Positions 9,760-20,738 of a stretch of 64,000 nt of DNA are shown here, one piece after another. The DNA comes from Thiomicrorhabdus sp. (GTDB taxonomy: Bacteria; Pseudomonadota; Gammaproteobacteria; Thiomicrospirales; Thiomicrospiraceae): positions 576,985-640,984 of the forward strand of contig NZ_OY759719.1 of NCBI RefSeq assembly GCF_963662555.1, in the 5' to 3' direction. The notes under the pieces are model-generated. The model was not told where the DNA came from, searched no databases, and worked only from the letters and a program-made list of their open reading frames with translations. A program made the translations under genes and the position numbers. Each line of letters begins with the position of its first letter. Position 1 is the stretch's first letter.

Positions 9760-11244
9760 ATGGTTGAACCGTGTACTTATGTGGTGTTTGGTGCGACAGG
9801 GAACTTGTCTCTAACCAAATTAATGCCTGCTTTTTATCACTTAGAATGTGTTGGTCGCTTGCCTGAAGGAATGCGTATTGTGGCGATAGGTCGCCGTGAA
9901 TGGCATCTTGAAGACCTAATGGCTGAAATCAAAAAGCATATTGAGCCTGTCGCACGTGGCGGAATCAATCACGATATTTTTAAAGCCTTTGCAGAGCGTA
10001 TGGATTACGTGCAAATGGATATCTCAAATGCGGAATGTTATAAAAATTTGGCTGCCACTTTGGGGCAAACCAAATTCTCTTCTAAGATTGCATTTTATCT
10101 CTCGCTTGGCCCAGATATGTTTGCTCAAGTAACCCATGAATTAAAAGAAAATGGGTTGCTTGACGAATCAAATGGCTGGAAACGTGTGGTGCTAGAAAAA
10201 CCTTTTGGCTATGACGTAGAAAGTGCCGCCGCATTGCAAAATAAAATCAGTAAGGCATTGTCAGAAGAACAGACCTATCGTATTGACCATTACCTGGGCA
10301 AAGGCATGGTGCAAAACGTGATGGTGTTTAGATTTGCCAACGCCTTAATGGAACCACTATGGAACCGCAATACTATTGATCACATTCAAATCACTCATGC
10401 TGAAGACAAATGTGTAGGTACTCGTGCAGGTTACTATGATCACAGTGGTGCATTGCGTGACATGATTCAAAGTCACCTTTTACAGCTGTTGGCATTAGTG
10501 GCAATGGAACCGCCTGCATCTATGGATGCAGAATCTTTACGTGATGAAAAAGTGAAGTTGCTCAAATCCATTCGTCCTATTAATAAGAAGCAGGTTAAGG
10601 GACAGGCCTATCGTGCCCAATATGCTGAAGGGATTATTCATGGTAATCATGCGGTCAGCTATCTAGAAGAGCCTGGTGTAGCCCCTGATTCGGTCACAGA
10701 AACCTATGCGGCCATTAAGTTATATATTGATAACTGGCGATGGGAAGGTGTGCCTTTTTATATTCAGACGGGTAAAAATATGAAGCAGTCTAAAACACTA
10801 GTTTCAATTTGTTTTAAACACCCACCAAAACAGTTTTTTAGAGATTCTCAAGTTAAAAAAATGGAACCTAACTGGATTGTATTTGGTATCCAACCAAATG
10901 AATCAATCAAAATAGAGATGATTGCTAAACAACCAGGCCTGGAAATTAATACTGAGCAAATTAGTTTAGATGCAGCCATGAAGTACGATGAAAATTCTAA
11001 GATAGATGCTTATGAAGAGCTACTGTTAGATGTTATTAAAGGCGACAGATCACTGTTTTTACGTTTTGATGAAGTCAAAGCAGCCTGGGATGTCGTTGAC
11101 CCGATACTGACTGAATGGGCAAGCCAAACCAGTTATATTGATACTTACGCATCAGGTAGTTGGGGGCCAGAAGGGTCACAAAAGCTATTTGATGATCATG
11201 AACAATCTTGGCGTACCTATATTAACCCGCACTGCAAAGAATAG
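9760..11244 (+). CDS. zwf: glucose-6-phosphate 1-dehydrogenase
   Basis: 494 aa with the GATGNLS dinucleotide motif and the RIDHYLGK active-site signature. Confidence 0.95.
   Translation: MVEPCTYVVFGATGNLSLTKLMPAFYHLECVGRLPEGMRIVAIGRREWHLEDLMAEIKKHIEPVARGGINHDIFKAFAERMDYVQMDISNAECYKNLAATLGQTKFSSKIAFYLSLGPDMFAQVTHELKENGLLDESNGWKRVVLEKPFGYDVESAAALQNKISKALSEEQTYRIDHYLGKGMVQNVMVFRFANALMEPLWNRNTIDHIQITHAEDKCVGTRAGYYDHSGALRDMIQSHLLQLLALVAMEPPASMDAESLRDEKVKLLKSIRPINKKQVKGQAYRAQYAEGIIHGNHAVSYLEEPGVAPDSVTETYAAIKLYIDNWRWEGVPFYIQTGKNMKQSKTLVSICFKHPPKQFFRDSQVKKMEPNWIVFGIQPNESIKIEMIAKQPGLEINTEQISLDAAMKYDENSKIDAYEELLLDVIKGDRSLFLRFDEVKAAWDVVDPILTEWASQTSYIDTYASGSWGPEGSQKLFDDHEQSWRTYINPHCKE
10933..10942. repeat. 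CCAGGCCTGG palindrome, exact copy
   Basis: Inside zwf, read as P-G-L. Confidence 0.95.
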
Positions 11245-11247
11245 GAG

Positions 11248-11979
11248 ATGGTTGTGAACGCTTCTTTACCAGCAAATTGGCAATTGTTTGATGATGCAGA
11301 AACGCTTGCCCAGCAACTAGTAGAAGAAATTCTTAATATTGCTGACCAGGCCATTCAGAAAAGAGGAGCGTTTCATTTCGTGACAGCGGGAGGTTCAACA
11401 CCAAATCGTTGTTATCAATTATTGGCCGAACGTCAAGCCGATTGGAAAAACTGGCATATATATATGGGCGATGAGCGTGTATTACCATTTAATCATGCCG
11501 AACGAAACTCTCAAGCTTTACTCAAATACTGGTTAAGCAATAATCTTATACCCGTCAAAAATATTCACTTTATTAATACCGAGGCAGGAGCTCAAAAGTC
11601 TGCTAAAGCCTATGCAAAGCTAATTGAATCTATTGATCATTTTGACGTGTGCTTATTGGGCATGGGTGAAGATGGACATACTGCAAGTTTGTTTCCAGGT
11701 CATGAACAAGGCCAGAGCATTGAACAGGTTTTTGTAAATGATAATGTTCAACAGGCTGATATTATTATTGAAAACAATTCACCTAAACCACCTAGCCAAA
11801 GGGTGAGTTTAAGTTATTCAGCATTTGCTAAATGTGATTTAGTGATTAAGCTTATTACTGGTGAGTCTAAACGTGATGCCATCAAGCAATGGTTAAATAC
11901 TGAAGGTGAACTACCCATTCAAAAAGTGCAGGGTAAGCAGACTAAGGTATATATTGCTCAAGACTCTTTACCTGACTAA
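11248..11979 (+). CDS. pgl: 6-phosphogluconolactonase
   Basis: 243 aa with TAGGSTP and GMGEDGHTASLFPG motifs of the DevB/Pgl family. It immediately follows zwf. Confidence 0.9.
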   Translation: MVVNASLPANWQLFDDAETLAQQLVEEILNIADQAIQKRGAFHFVTAGGSTPNRCYQLLAERQADWKNWHIYMGDERVLPFNHAERNSQALLKYWLSNNLIPVKNIHFINTEAGAQKSAKAYAKLIESIDHFDVCLLGMGEDGHTASLFPGHEQGQSIEQVFVNDNVQQADIIIENNSPKPPSQRVSLSYSAFAKCDLVIKLITGESKRDAIKQWLNTEGELPIQKVQGKQTKVYIAQDSLPD

Positions 11980-12094
11980 GCTTCAAAAATATAAGTTTTT
12001 AGAACTTAAAAAATTTTAAGTACATGATTTCTTGGCTCTGTTCTAGAGTTATCTTTCTATTTGATCTTGTTTTTAAAATCTTCAATTTGATAAC

Positions 12095-12111
12095 CTTAAA
12101 TACTATTTAAG
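12095..12111. promoter_or_regulatory. 17-bp perfect palindrome upstream of sps (operator candidate)
   Basis: CTTAAATA-C-TATTTAAG, with related half-sites CTTAAGTA (12117) and CTTAAAT (12128). It lies about 100-150 bp upstream of the sps start. Confidence 0.3.
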
Positions 12112-12202
12112 TACAACTTAAGTATTTCTTAAATCTGAGATTCCTCTTTTAGAGTATGTTATAAAAGAGAGAGTTAAAAATTCAATTAGCCTTTTAACAA
12201 AA

Positions 12203-14452
12203 TTGATTTCTAAGCTAACAAGAATAGTCAATAGAGTGAAAAGTATGAATAAAAAGCAAGCAGATATGTATATCGCCCTAATTAGTGTTCATGGTCTTAT
12301 TCGTGGAAAAAACCTGGAATTAGGGCGTGATGCGGATACTGGTGGCCAAACCCTTTATGTTCTTGAACTAGCCCAAGCTTTATCAGAAAGACCAGAAGTT
12401 GGTAAAGTAGAGCTTTTTACCCGATTGGTTAAAGATGACTCGGTTGACCCTGAATATGCACAACCAATTGAACAAATAAATGACAAACTGTCTATTGTTA
12501 GAATGGAAGCAGGCCCAGAAGGCTATATTTTTAAAGAGCAGTTGTGGGATTATCTTGATACGTTCGCCGACAATGTGATGGAATATTTTCGTGATCAAGA
12601 CCATTACCCGGACATTATTCACAGTCATTATGCCGATGCGGGATATGTCGGTAGTCAGTTAGCCAATCAATTATCCATTCCTCTTATTCATACAGGTCAT
12701 TCATTAGGTCGTGTAAAGCGAGCAAGGCTGTTTGCTAATGGTGTACCTAGTGAAGAGATTGAAGGCCAATACAACATGTCTAGGCGAATTAACGCTGAAG
12801 AGCATGTTTTGGCCACTGCAGAAAGAGTGATTACCAGCACCCACCAAGAAATTGAAGAGCAGTATGAAATTTACGACTTTTATCAGCCTGAGCAAATGCG
12901 GGTTATTCCACCAGGAACAAACCTCAATCAATTTCAGCCACCTCGTGGCGATGAGCTCGATTCGGAGCTTTATAAGCAATTAACTTATTCATTAGTAGAT
13001 ACCAAAAAACCACTGATACTTGCACTTTCAAGACCTGATCCACGTAAAAATATTTCTGCGTTAATTGAGGCCTATGGGCAATCATCTGAATTGCAAGAAA
13101 AAGCCAACTTATTGATTATTGCCGGTAACCGAGATGATGTGGAAGACTTAGAGTCTGGTGCTCAAGAGGTGTTTCATGAAATTTGGTCAATGATTGACCG
13201 CTATGATTTATATGGCAAAGTTTCTTTACCCAAACATCATAGTCGCAACGATGTGGCTTTTATTTATCGCATTGCGGCGGCATCAGGTGGCGTATTTGTT
13301 AATCCAGCATTAACAGAACCGTTTGGATTAACCTTAATTGAGGCATCCGCATCAGGGTTACCACTTGTAGCAACCGAAGATGGTGGACCAAGAGATATTA
13401 TTGAGAACTGTCAAAACGGCATTCTAATCGATCCATTAGAGCCGCAAACCATTACCCAGGCTTTACTTAAATTATTTAATCAGTCTGAAATAAAAAATCA
13501 AATGATTCAACAGGGTTTGGTAGGAGTCAAGCAGCACTATGCTTGGGCAGCCCATGCTGAAAGATATATACAATTAATTACGCCAATTATTGAAAAATCA
13601 GAGCGCTTACCGAGAACGCCAATAGCAAGGCGTTCTGCACTTTATAAAGATCGTGCTTTGGTGACCAGTCTAGATCATAACTTAGTTGGTAACCCAGAAG
13701 CGTTAAGTAAGCTTATTGCGTTAATAAAAGAACATAGAAAATCAACCTTATTTGTGGTGGCGACCAACAGAAGAATGGATTCAGCACTGCGTTTGCTTAA
13801 ACACTTCAAGCTTCCAGAGCCAGATACCTTGATTACCAGCTCGGGAACCGAAATTTACTATGCTCCTAAACTCACTAAAGATAAGTATTGGGCAAAACAT
13901 ATCGACTTCCACTGGGGAAGACATAAAATTAAAGCATTATTGGACGAGCATCCTGGCTTATATCTGCAGCCAAAATCAGAGCAAACGCCTTTTAAAATCA
14001 GTTATTACTTAAATCAAGATGTAACCGATTTAGATCATATTAACGGTATTCTTCACCAAGAAGATGAGTCGGCAAATACTCAGCTTTCATTTGATAAATA
14101 CCTAGATATATTGCCTATGAGAGCCTCTAAAGGGATGGCTCTTCGCTATGTAGCAGATCGTTGGCAAATACCATTAGAAAATATCCTGGTGATAGGTGGT
14201 TCTGGTGCGGATGAGAACATGATGCGAGGTAACACGCTTGCTGTTGTCGTGGCGAACCGACATGACGAAAAGCTTTCACATCTGCCAGAACTTGAGAAAA
14301 TTTATTACGCTAAGAAAAGTTATGAAGAGGGTATTTTAGAAGCTATTGAACACTTTGATTTCTTTGGTAAATGTTGTCCACCAGAACAACAAGTAGCCAC
14401 TGAATTAGGTTCTGAAACCAATAACGACTCTCCTGAAAATGAGGAGACTTAA
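12203..14452 (+). CDS. sps: sucrose-phosphate synthase (GT4) with C-terminal SPP-like domain
   Basis: 749 aa from a TTG. ATG 12245 is the more likely start (MNKKQADMYIALISVHGLIRG). The GT4 core carries EPFGLTLIEA, and the C-terminal third resembles HAD/SPP. Confidence 0.85.
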   Translation: MISKLTRIVNRVKSMNKKQADMYIALISVHGLIRGKNLELGRDADTGGQTLYVLELAQALSERPEVGKVELFTRLVKDDSVDPEYAQPIEQINDKLSIVRMEAGPEGYIFKEQLWDYLDTFADNVMEYFRDQDHYPDIIHSHYADAGYVGSQLANQLSIPLIHTGHSLGRVKRARLFANGVPSEEIEGQYNMSRRINAEEHVLATAERVITSTHQEIEEQYEIYDFYQPEQMRVIPPGTNLNQFQPPRGDELDSELYKQLTYSLVDTKKPLILALSRPDPRKNISALIEAYGQSSELQEKANLLIIAGNRDDVEDLESGAQEVFHEIWSMIDRYDLYGKVSLPKHHSRNDVAFIYRIAAASGGVFVNPALTEPFGLTLIEASASGLPLVATEDGGPRDIIENCQNGILIDPLEPQTITQALLKLFNQSEIKNQMIQQGLVGVKQHYAWAAHAERYIQLITPIIEKSERLPRTPIARRSALYKDRALVTSLDHNLVGNPEALSKLIALIKEHRKSTLFVVATNRRMDSALRLLKHFKLPEPDTLITSSGTEIYYAPKLTKDKYWAKHIDFHWGRHKIKALLDEHPGLYLQPKSEQTPFKISYYLNQDVTDLDHINGILHQEDESANTQLSFDKYLDILPMRASKGMALRYVADRWQIPLENILVIGGSGADENMMRGNTLAVVVANRHDEKLSHLPELEKIYYAKKSYEEGILEAIEHFDFFGKCCPPEQQVATELGSETNNDSPENEET

Positions 14453-16185
14453 TGATGAAATTGCTTCTTTGTACGGATATGGATCGTACGGTTATTCCAA
14501 ATGGTATGCAACAAGAAGCCTTGAATGCCCGTGAAAATTTGACTCAATTTTGTGATTTGCCATCGGTAAGTTTGGTTTATGTGACAGGCCGCCACTTGGG
14601 GTTAATGCAGCAAGCGGTTACAGAGTATCAATTACCACAAGCAGACTTTGCTATTACCGATGTGGGTACTCGTATTTACCATTACAAAAACCACCAATGG
14701 CACCCTATAACGGCTTGGGAAAAAGAAATTGATCAAGATTGGCAAAACCCTGATTTAAAGGTAGAACCAAAGCAAATTTATGATTTGCTTAGTTCAATAC
14801 CAGGCCTGTCATTACAAGAGTTTGAAAAACAGAATTCACATAAAATCAGTTTTTATATTGACCTTCAAACCCTCGATGAACAAACCTGCTTAACTGAAGT
14901 TAAAAAACAACTTGCTCCGCTAAAGATTCAAACCAATTTAATTTGGAGTATTGATGAAACCAGCAATACGGGTTTACTTGATATTTTGCCACCCAAAGCC
15001 AACAAACTTCACGCCATACAGTTTTTGCAGGAATATTTAGGGTATTCAGCACAAGAAGTGGTATTTGCAGGAGATAGCGGTAACGACCTTGAAGTATTGA
15101 TTAGTCCAATTCAATCGGTTTTGGTTGCTAATTCTACGCCAGAGTTAAAACAACAAGCGTTAACTTTGGCGAAGCAACGTGGCACTGAGCAACAGTTTTA
15201 TCAAGCCAATAATAGGGGCAGTAATAACGGAAACTATAGCTCAGGTGTATTACAAGGCGTGATGCATTACTGTCCAGAATTTAAGTCAAAGATTGATAAT
15301 ATGAATATACCTCAAGAGACAAAAATTACTTTATTTGGAGAAGTTTTATTTGACTGTTTTAGTCAGCAAGGAAACGATGTACAAGTGCTAGGTGGTGCTC
15401 CTTTTAATATCTGTTGGCACCTGCAAGCTTTGAGCGATAACCCTATTTTTATTTCACGAGTGGGTAACGACCTTCTTGGCAAAAAGATTATTCAGCAAGC
15501 AGGCGATTGGGGGATTTCTACAAACAATATACAAATTGATGAAGAGCATCCCACAGGGCAAGTGCAAGTAACGTTTATTGAAGATGAACCACACTACGAT
15601 ATTAAAATTAACAGTGCTTACGATTTCATTAATCAAGCTGAAACAGTCTTACCAAATCCAAAAGGCATTCTCTATCATGGGTCTCTTGCCCTAAGAAGTG
15701 ATTATGCAAAAACACAGTTTCAAAAACTGGTTGATTCTGGTGATTGGGATATTTTTTTAGATGTGAACTTAAGAGCTCCTTGGTGGGATAAACATAGCCT
15801 GATTCAGTGGATTAAACAATCAAGATGGGTAAAACTGAATATAGATGAATTACGTGAATTAGGGTTTGTTCAATCCAATCTTGAAACCGCAATTAAAGCC
15901 TTTCAAACCGAATTTGGTAATGAACAAATTATTGTTACCCAAGGAGCTAAAGGCGTTACTGTATTAACTGAAGACGGTTTTTTTAGAGAAACGCCAGACA
16001 AAGTTGATCAGTTTATTGATGCGGTTGGTGCGGGTGATGCCTTTACCGCAGTGTATATGCATGGTTTAATAAAAAATTGGTCAACTCAACAAACACTTGC
16101 TACAGCACAGTCGCTCGCGAGCAAAATTATTGGCATTCGTGGTGCCACACCTGAACATAAATCCTTTTATCAGTCGCTACTTTAA
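14452..16185 (+). CDS. fused sucrose-phosphate phosphatase (HAD-IIB) / PfkB fructokinase
   Basis: 577 aa. The N-terminal half has DMDRTVIP and GDSGNDLEV. The C-terminal half has GGAPFN and DAVGAGDAF (PfkB kinase). The start overlaps the sps stop (TAATG). Confidence 0.75.
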   Translation: MMKLLLCTDMDRTVIPNGMQQEALNARENLTQFCDLPSVSLVYVTGRHLGLMQQAVTEYQLPQADFAITDVGTRIYHYKNHQWHPITAWEKEIDQDWQNPDLKVEPKQIYDLLSSIPGLSLQEFEKQNSHKISFYIDLQTLDEQTCLTEVKKQLAPLKIQTNLIWSIDETSNTGLLDILPPKANKLHAIQFLQEYLGYSAQEVVFAGDSGNDLEVLISPIQSVLVANSTPELKQQALTLAKQRGTEQQFYQANNRGSNNGNYSSGVLQGVMHYCPEFKSKIDNMNIPQETKITLFGEVLFDCFSQQGNDVQVLGGAPFNICWHLQALSDNPIFISRVGNDLLGKKIIQQAGDWGISTNNIQIDEEHPTGQVQVTFIEDEPHYDIKINSAYDFINQAETVLPNPKGILYHGSLALRSDYAKTQFQKLVDSGDWDIFLDVNLRAPWWDKHSLIQWIKQSRWVKLNIDELRELGFVQSNLETAIKAFQTEFGNEQIIVTQGAKGVTVLTEDGFFRETPDKVDQFIDAVGAGDAFTAVYMHGLIKNWSTQQTLATAQSLASKIIGIRGATPEHKSFYQSLL

Positions 16186-16215
16186 GCTGATTCAATACAA
16201 ACTAGTTAAGAGCCT

Positions 16216-18171
16216 ATGTACGAAGAAATCTCTCATTCGTTATTGAACGATATACTCAATCAAATCAAACCTGATATTTATAAAAAAGATCTACGCCATT
16301 TCTATACCCGCTTAGGGGCAAATTTTTATGCGATTCATGGTTTATTTGCAAAGTTATACGGTAACCGTCCTGATTTTGACCAACAGTCTTTAAAGTTGGT
16401 TGAAACCATGGCCAGAAAATACATCAAACGTTCAGATGAATTAAAGCAGCAAGACATAGATCGAGAGAAAGACTACAACTGGTTTTTAAGTCAAAAATGG
16501 GTAGGCATGGCACTTTATGCCAATGGCTTTGCTAAAGATTTAAAAGATATGCGGGGACATCTAAGTTACCTACAAGAGCTAGGTGTCAATTTAGTGCATA
16601 TTATGCCGATTATGAAATGTCCAGAAGGCCAGAGTGATGGTGGTTATGCGGTAAGTGATTTTCGTGAGATTGATGACCGTGTGGGTTCTCTTGAAGATTT
16701 AAAAAACCTATCGGAGGATATGCGAGAACGCGATATGTTATTGGCGTTAGATGTCGTTTTAAACCACACCTCAGACGAACACGAATGGGCAGAAAAAGCC
16801 CGTGAGGGTGATCCTATTTACCGTGATTATTACTACACATTTGAATCTCGAAATGTCCCAGACATGTTTGAACAAAGTATGCTGGAAGTGTTTCCAGAAA
16901 CCGCACCAGGTAATTTTACTTGGGATGAAAAAATGCAGCGTTGGGTTATGACGGTATTTAATAATTACCAGTGGGATTTAAACTACAGTAATCCCGCCGT
17001 TTTTATTGATATGCTTGATATTATTCTTTACTGGGCAAACCAAGGCGCAGATATTTTACGTTTGGATGCGGTTGCCTTTCTTTGGAAAAAACTCGGTAGT
17101 ACCTGCCAAAACGAACATGAAGCCCACTTAATATTACAACTGCTTAAAGATTGTTGTCAGGTAGTGGCACCTGGCGTATTGTTTATTGCTGAAGCGATTG
17201 TGGCACCCTCAGAAGTGACTAAATATTTTGGTGAAGATGCGGTTATTGCCAAAGAGTGTGAGATTGCCTATAACGCGACTTATATGGCGTTATTATGGGA
17301 TGCCGTTGCAACCAAAAATGCCAAGCTATTAACCCAGGGCATTAAAAGTTTACCTGTCAAATTAGAGCGTGCAACCTGGTTAAACTACATTCGCTGTCAC
17401 GATGATATTGGTTTAGGGTTTGATGATAAAGATATTATTCAAGCGGGTTATGAACCACAATCACATCGTCGATTTTTAATCGACTATCTAACTGGGCGTT
17501 ATGACGATTCTCACGCTCGTGGCCTACCTTTTGCAGAGAATTTCAAAACGGGCGATTCGCGTATTTCTGGCTCTCTGGCCTCATTGATTGGATTGCAGTA
17601 TGCAACCAATTCAGGAGACATTGAAGCACAAGAAAATGCAGTTAAACAGATTCTGCTTTTGAACAGCATGATTTTGTCGTTTGGTGGTATTCCTCTACTT
17701 TATTATGGTGATGAAGTTGGTACCTTAAATGATGACTCCTATCTCGATGATCCGCATAAAGTTGACGATAATCGCTGGGTACATCGTCCATGTATTAACT
17801 GGGGAAAAGCTGAGCAACGCCATGTTACAGGAACCATTGAATATGAAATATTTAATGGAATTAAAAAAATGATTTCTGTTCGTAAAGAAATCAATGTCTT
17901 TGCTGATTTTAATAACCGTGAGTTAGTCGATGTCAGTAATCCAAATTTATTTGTCTTTAGTCGCTTTAACCCTCAAAAATCGAGTGATCGAGTGTTGGTC
18001 GTAGCCAACTTTAACAACCAACCACAAAAGTTAGAATTAGAAGAGGTGAATGGTTGGGGCAGTTATGACCAAGGTCAATTATTTGATTTGGAAAGCCGCC
18101 AGCAACCTGAAATTTATAATAATTCATTAATTATTCCTGGTTTTGGTTTCTACTGGCTTAGAGAGATGTAG
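16216..18171 (+). CDS. ams: amylosucrase (GH13)
   Basis: 651 aa with LRLDAVAFLWKK, IAEAIV and IRCHDDIG. Length and N-terminal domain fit amylosucrases. It sits in a sucrose gene context. Confidence 0.8.
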   Translation: MYEEISHSLLNDILNQIKPDIYKKDLRHFYTRLGANFYAIHGLFAKLYGNRPDFDQQSLKLVETMARKYIKRSDELKQQDIDREKDYNWFLSQKWVGMALYANGFAKDLKDMRGHLSYLQELGVNLVHIMPIMKCPEGQSDGGYAVSDFREIDDRVGSLEDLKNLSEDMRERDMLLALDVVLNHTSDEHEWAEKAREGDPIYRDYYYTFESRNVPDMFEQSMLEVFPETAPGNFTWDEKMQRWVMTVFNNYQWDLNYSNPAVFIDMLDIILYWANQGADILRLDAVAFLWKKLGSTCQNEHEAHLILQLLKDCCQVVAPGVLFIAEAIVAPSEVTKYFGEDAVIAKECEIAYNATYMALLWDAVATKNAKLLTQGIKSLPVKLERATWLNYIRCHDDIGLGFDDKDIIQAGYEPQSHRRFLIDYLTGRYDDSHARGLPFAENFKTGDSRISGSLASLIGLQYATNSGDIEAQENAVKQILLLNSMILSFGGIPLLYYGDEVGTLNDDSYLDDPHKVDDNRWVHRPCINWGKAEQRHVTGTIEYEIFNGIKKMISVRKEINVFADFNNRELVDVSNPNLFVFSRFNPQKSSDRVLVVANFNNQPQKLELEEVNGWGSYDQGQLFDLESRQQPEIYNNSLIIPGFGFYWLREM

Positions 18172-18239
18172 TTAATTACATAGTAAAAAGTTTTAAGGAA
18201 CAAAGTACGAAAAGTCTGTTACCAGAAAAGAGGGGTTAA

Positions 18240-19403
18240 ATGGAGTGGCAAAAAGCGGTACAGAATGCAATCGAACTGAGGCATTGGTTTCATCAGCACC
18301 CTGAATTGACTTGGCAAGAAGAAAATACTGCACAAAAAATTCGTGAATGTTTAGATGAGTGGGCCGTTCCTTGGCGAGCTTGTGCGACTTACGGAACAGT
18401 TGCTACGCTGGCTGCAAATAAAGCTGGAAAGCATATTGCATTGCGTGCAGATATGGATGCTTTGCCCATACAAGAGCAGGTCGATGTCCCTTTCTGTTCA
18501 AGCTTTGACGGTAAAATGCATGCTTGCGGACATGATGGGCATATGGCTGCACTGTTGGGTGTTGTGTATTGGTCGAAACAAAATGAAGTTAGCCTTGAAG
18601 GTCCTGTGAGTTTTCTATTTCAGCCTGCGGAAGAAGGCGGGCATGGTGCTAAAAAAATGATAGAAGACGGTGCTCTTGAGCAGGTTGATGTAATCTATGG
18701 CTGGCACAACTGGCCTGCTATGCCATTTGGCCGCGCAGTTTGTCCAGATGGCCCTGTGATGTCAGGTAACGGTAGTTTTCATATAGCGGTGAATGGGTTA
18801 GGAGGTCATGCTTCACAACCTGAGGCTTGTCGTGATCCAGTGTTGGCGGCAGCGGCAATTACTTTGAATTTGCAGCAGATTGTTAGTCGACGTTTACCGC
18901 CGCAAGCGGCGGCAGTTATTAGTGTTACCCGTATTTTGGCTGATTCTGATGTCACTATTATTCCTCAAACGGTAAAAATCTCAGGTGGCATTCGCTTGTC
19001 TGACCCTAAGTGGCGTCCTAAATTGACAGAGCTCATAACGCAGATTGCAGAAGATACCGCTTTATCTTATGGCGTGGAGGCTGAAGTTGAGGTCTTACCT
19101 CGTTATGAGGCTACAGTGAACAATCACTCAGCTGCAGCACATTTCCGCGATGTGCTAAAAGATGAATTGGGTAATACTTATGATCAAGTCGATTTAATGC
19201 TACCTATTATGGCCTCAGAAGATTTTAGTTATTATCTAAATGAGATTCCGGGTGCCTTTGCTTTGATAGGTATGTCTGAGCAACAGGGAAACCAATCCAT
19301 ATATCATTATCCTTGCCACAACCCTCACTATCAATTTAATGATCGTCTAATTGAATTGGTCATGCGTAGTTTTTCAAAAATAATAGGCATAATTCCTGCT
19401 TGA
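18240..19403 (+). CDS. M20D-family amidohydrolase (N-acyl-amino-acid deacylase / hippurate hydrolase type)
   Basis: 387 aa with HQHPEL and HACGHDGH metal-binding motifs. Confidence 0.85.
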   Translation: MEWQKAVQNAIELRHWFHQHPELTWQEENTAQKIRECLDEWAVPWRACATYGTVATLAANKAGKHIALRADMDALPIQEQVDVPFCSSFDGKMHACGHDGHMAALLGVVYWSKQNEVSLEGPVSFLFQPAEEGGHGAKKMIEDGALEQVDVIYGWHNWPAMPFGRAVCPDGPVMSGNGSFHIAVNGLGGHASQPEACRDPVLAAAAITLNLQQIVSRRLPPQAAAVISVTRILADSDVTIIPQTVKISGGIRLSDPKWRPKLTELITQIAEDTALSYGVEAEVEVLPRYEATVNNHSAAAHFRDVLKDELGNTYDQVDLMLPIMASEDFSYYLNEIPGAFALIGMSEQQGNQSIYHYPCHNPHYQFNDRLIELVMRSFSKIIGIIPA

Positions 19404-19456
19404 GTTAGTTTGACTGCACTAAAGTGGTCAGTTAAATTCAAAAAAGGAGGGCCGTC

Positions 19457-20719
19457 ATGGATTGGTTTGCAACTTATGAATCCGATATACGTGCTTATAG
19501 TCGTGCTTACCCAGCAGTATTTGTTAAGGGTGATAACGCTCGCCAGATTGATGAAGAAGGTAAAGAATATATAGATTTTTATGCTGGTGCAGGTGTGCTC
19601 AATTTTGGGCATAATAACCCTAAGATGACTACAGCACTTGTCGAATATTTACAGTCTGGCGGTGTTATACACACTCTAGATATGATGACACCACCCAAAC
19701 GAGAGTTTATCAAAGCATTTGTAGAAACCATTCTCAAACCTAGAGAAATGGACTATAAGCTTCAATTTATGGGTCCTACTGGTACTAATGCAGTTGAAGC
19801 GGCTCTAAAACTAGCACGTAAAGTCACTAAACGAGAAACCGTGGTTTCATTTACTCAAGGTTTTCACGGTATGACGTTGGGTGCCCTTGCTTGTACTGCC
19901 AATCACTATTTTCGTCAAGCCGCAGGCGTTCCTCTTTTAAATGTTTCTCGCTGTCCTTTTGAAACCCATGAGGGGGGCGGTTTGCAAACTCTAGATACCT
20001 TAAGAGCCATGTATCAAAACACCTCAAGTGGGGTTGAAGCCCCGGCCGCTTTTATCGTTGAGATCGTTCAAGCAGAAGGGGGTGTTAATGTCGCCTCTAA
20101 AGGGTGGATGCAGGCCTTGCAAAAACTGGCTAAGGACTTAGGTTCGTTATTAATTATTGATGATATTCAAGCAGGCTGTGGTCGTACCGGTCAATATTTT
20201 AGTTTTGAAGATCTCGATATTGATCCAGATATTATTACTCTAGCAAAAGGGATTGGTGGCATGGGTACACCAATGGCGATGAATTTAGTCAAGCCTGAAC
20301 ACGACAAACATTGGCAACCCGGTGAGCATACTGGAACTTTTCGCGGACAAAACCTCTCTTTCGTAGCAGGCCGAGAAGCACTTCGTTATTTTGATGATGA
20401 TACTTTTATGCAACAGACCCAAGCTAAGGGTGAAATGATGCGTCAACAACTTCAAGAGATTGCAGATAGTTACCCCGACCACGGATTTGAGGTTCGTGGT
20501 AAAGGGATGATGCAAGCTATTGATGTCAAAGATGGCACTTTATCAAAAGCAGTGGCAAAAGATTGTTTTGAAAACGGCATGTTGTTTGGGCCTTGTGGTA
20601 TTGGGGGTGAAGTGATGAAAATGATTCCGCCTTTGACGATTCCTGACGAAGATCTTAAGCAAGGTTTTGCCATTCTTAAAGAGGCTCTAGAACGACAAAT
20701 AAAAGTACATGCTCATTAA
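19457..20719 (+). CDS. diaminobutyrate--2-oxoglutarate transaminase (EctB/DoeD-like class III aminotransferase)
   Basis: 420 aa. ESDIRAYSRAYPAVF and GAGVLNFGHNNP are typical of EctB/DoeD-type enzymes. Confidence 0.8.
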   Translation: MDWFATYESDIRAYSRAYPAVFVKGDNARQIDEEGKEYIDFYAGAGVLNFGHNNPKMTTALVEYLQSGGVIHTLDMMTPPKREFIKAFVETILKPREMDYKLQFMGPTGTNAVEAALKLARKVTKRETVVSFTQGFHGMTLGALACTANHYFRQAAGVPLLNVSRCPFETHEGGGLQTLDTLRAMYQNTSSGVEAPAAFIVEIVQAEGGVNVASKGWMQALQKLAKDLGSLLIIDDIQAGCGRTGQYFSFEDLDIDPDIITLAKGIGGMGTPMAMNLVKPEHDKHWQPGEHTGTFRGQNLSFVAGREALRYFDDDTFMQQTQAKGEMMRQQLQEIADSYPDHGFEVRGKGMMQAIDVKDGTLSKAVAKDCFENGMLFGPCGIGGEVMKMIPPLTIPDEDLKQGFAILKEALERQIKVHAH

Positions 20720-20738
20720 TGCATAAGGGAGAGAGAAC

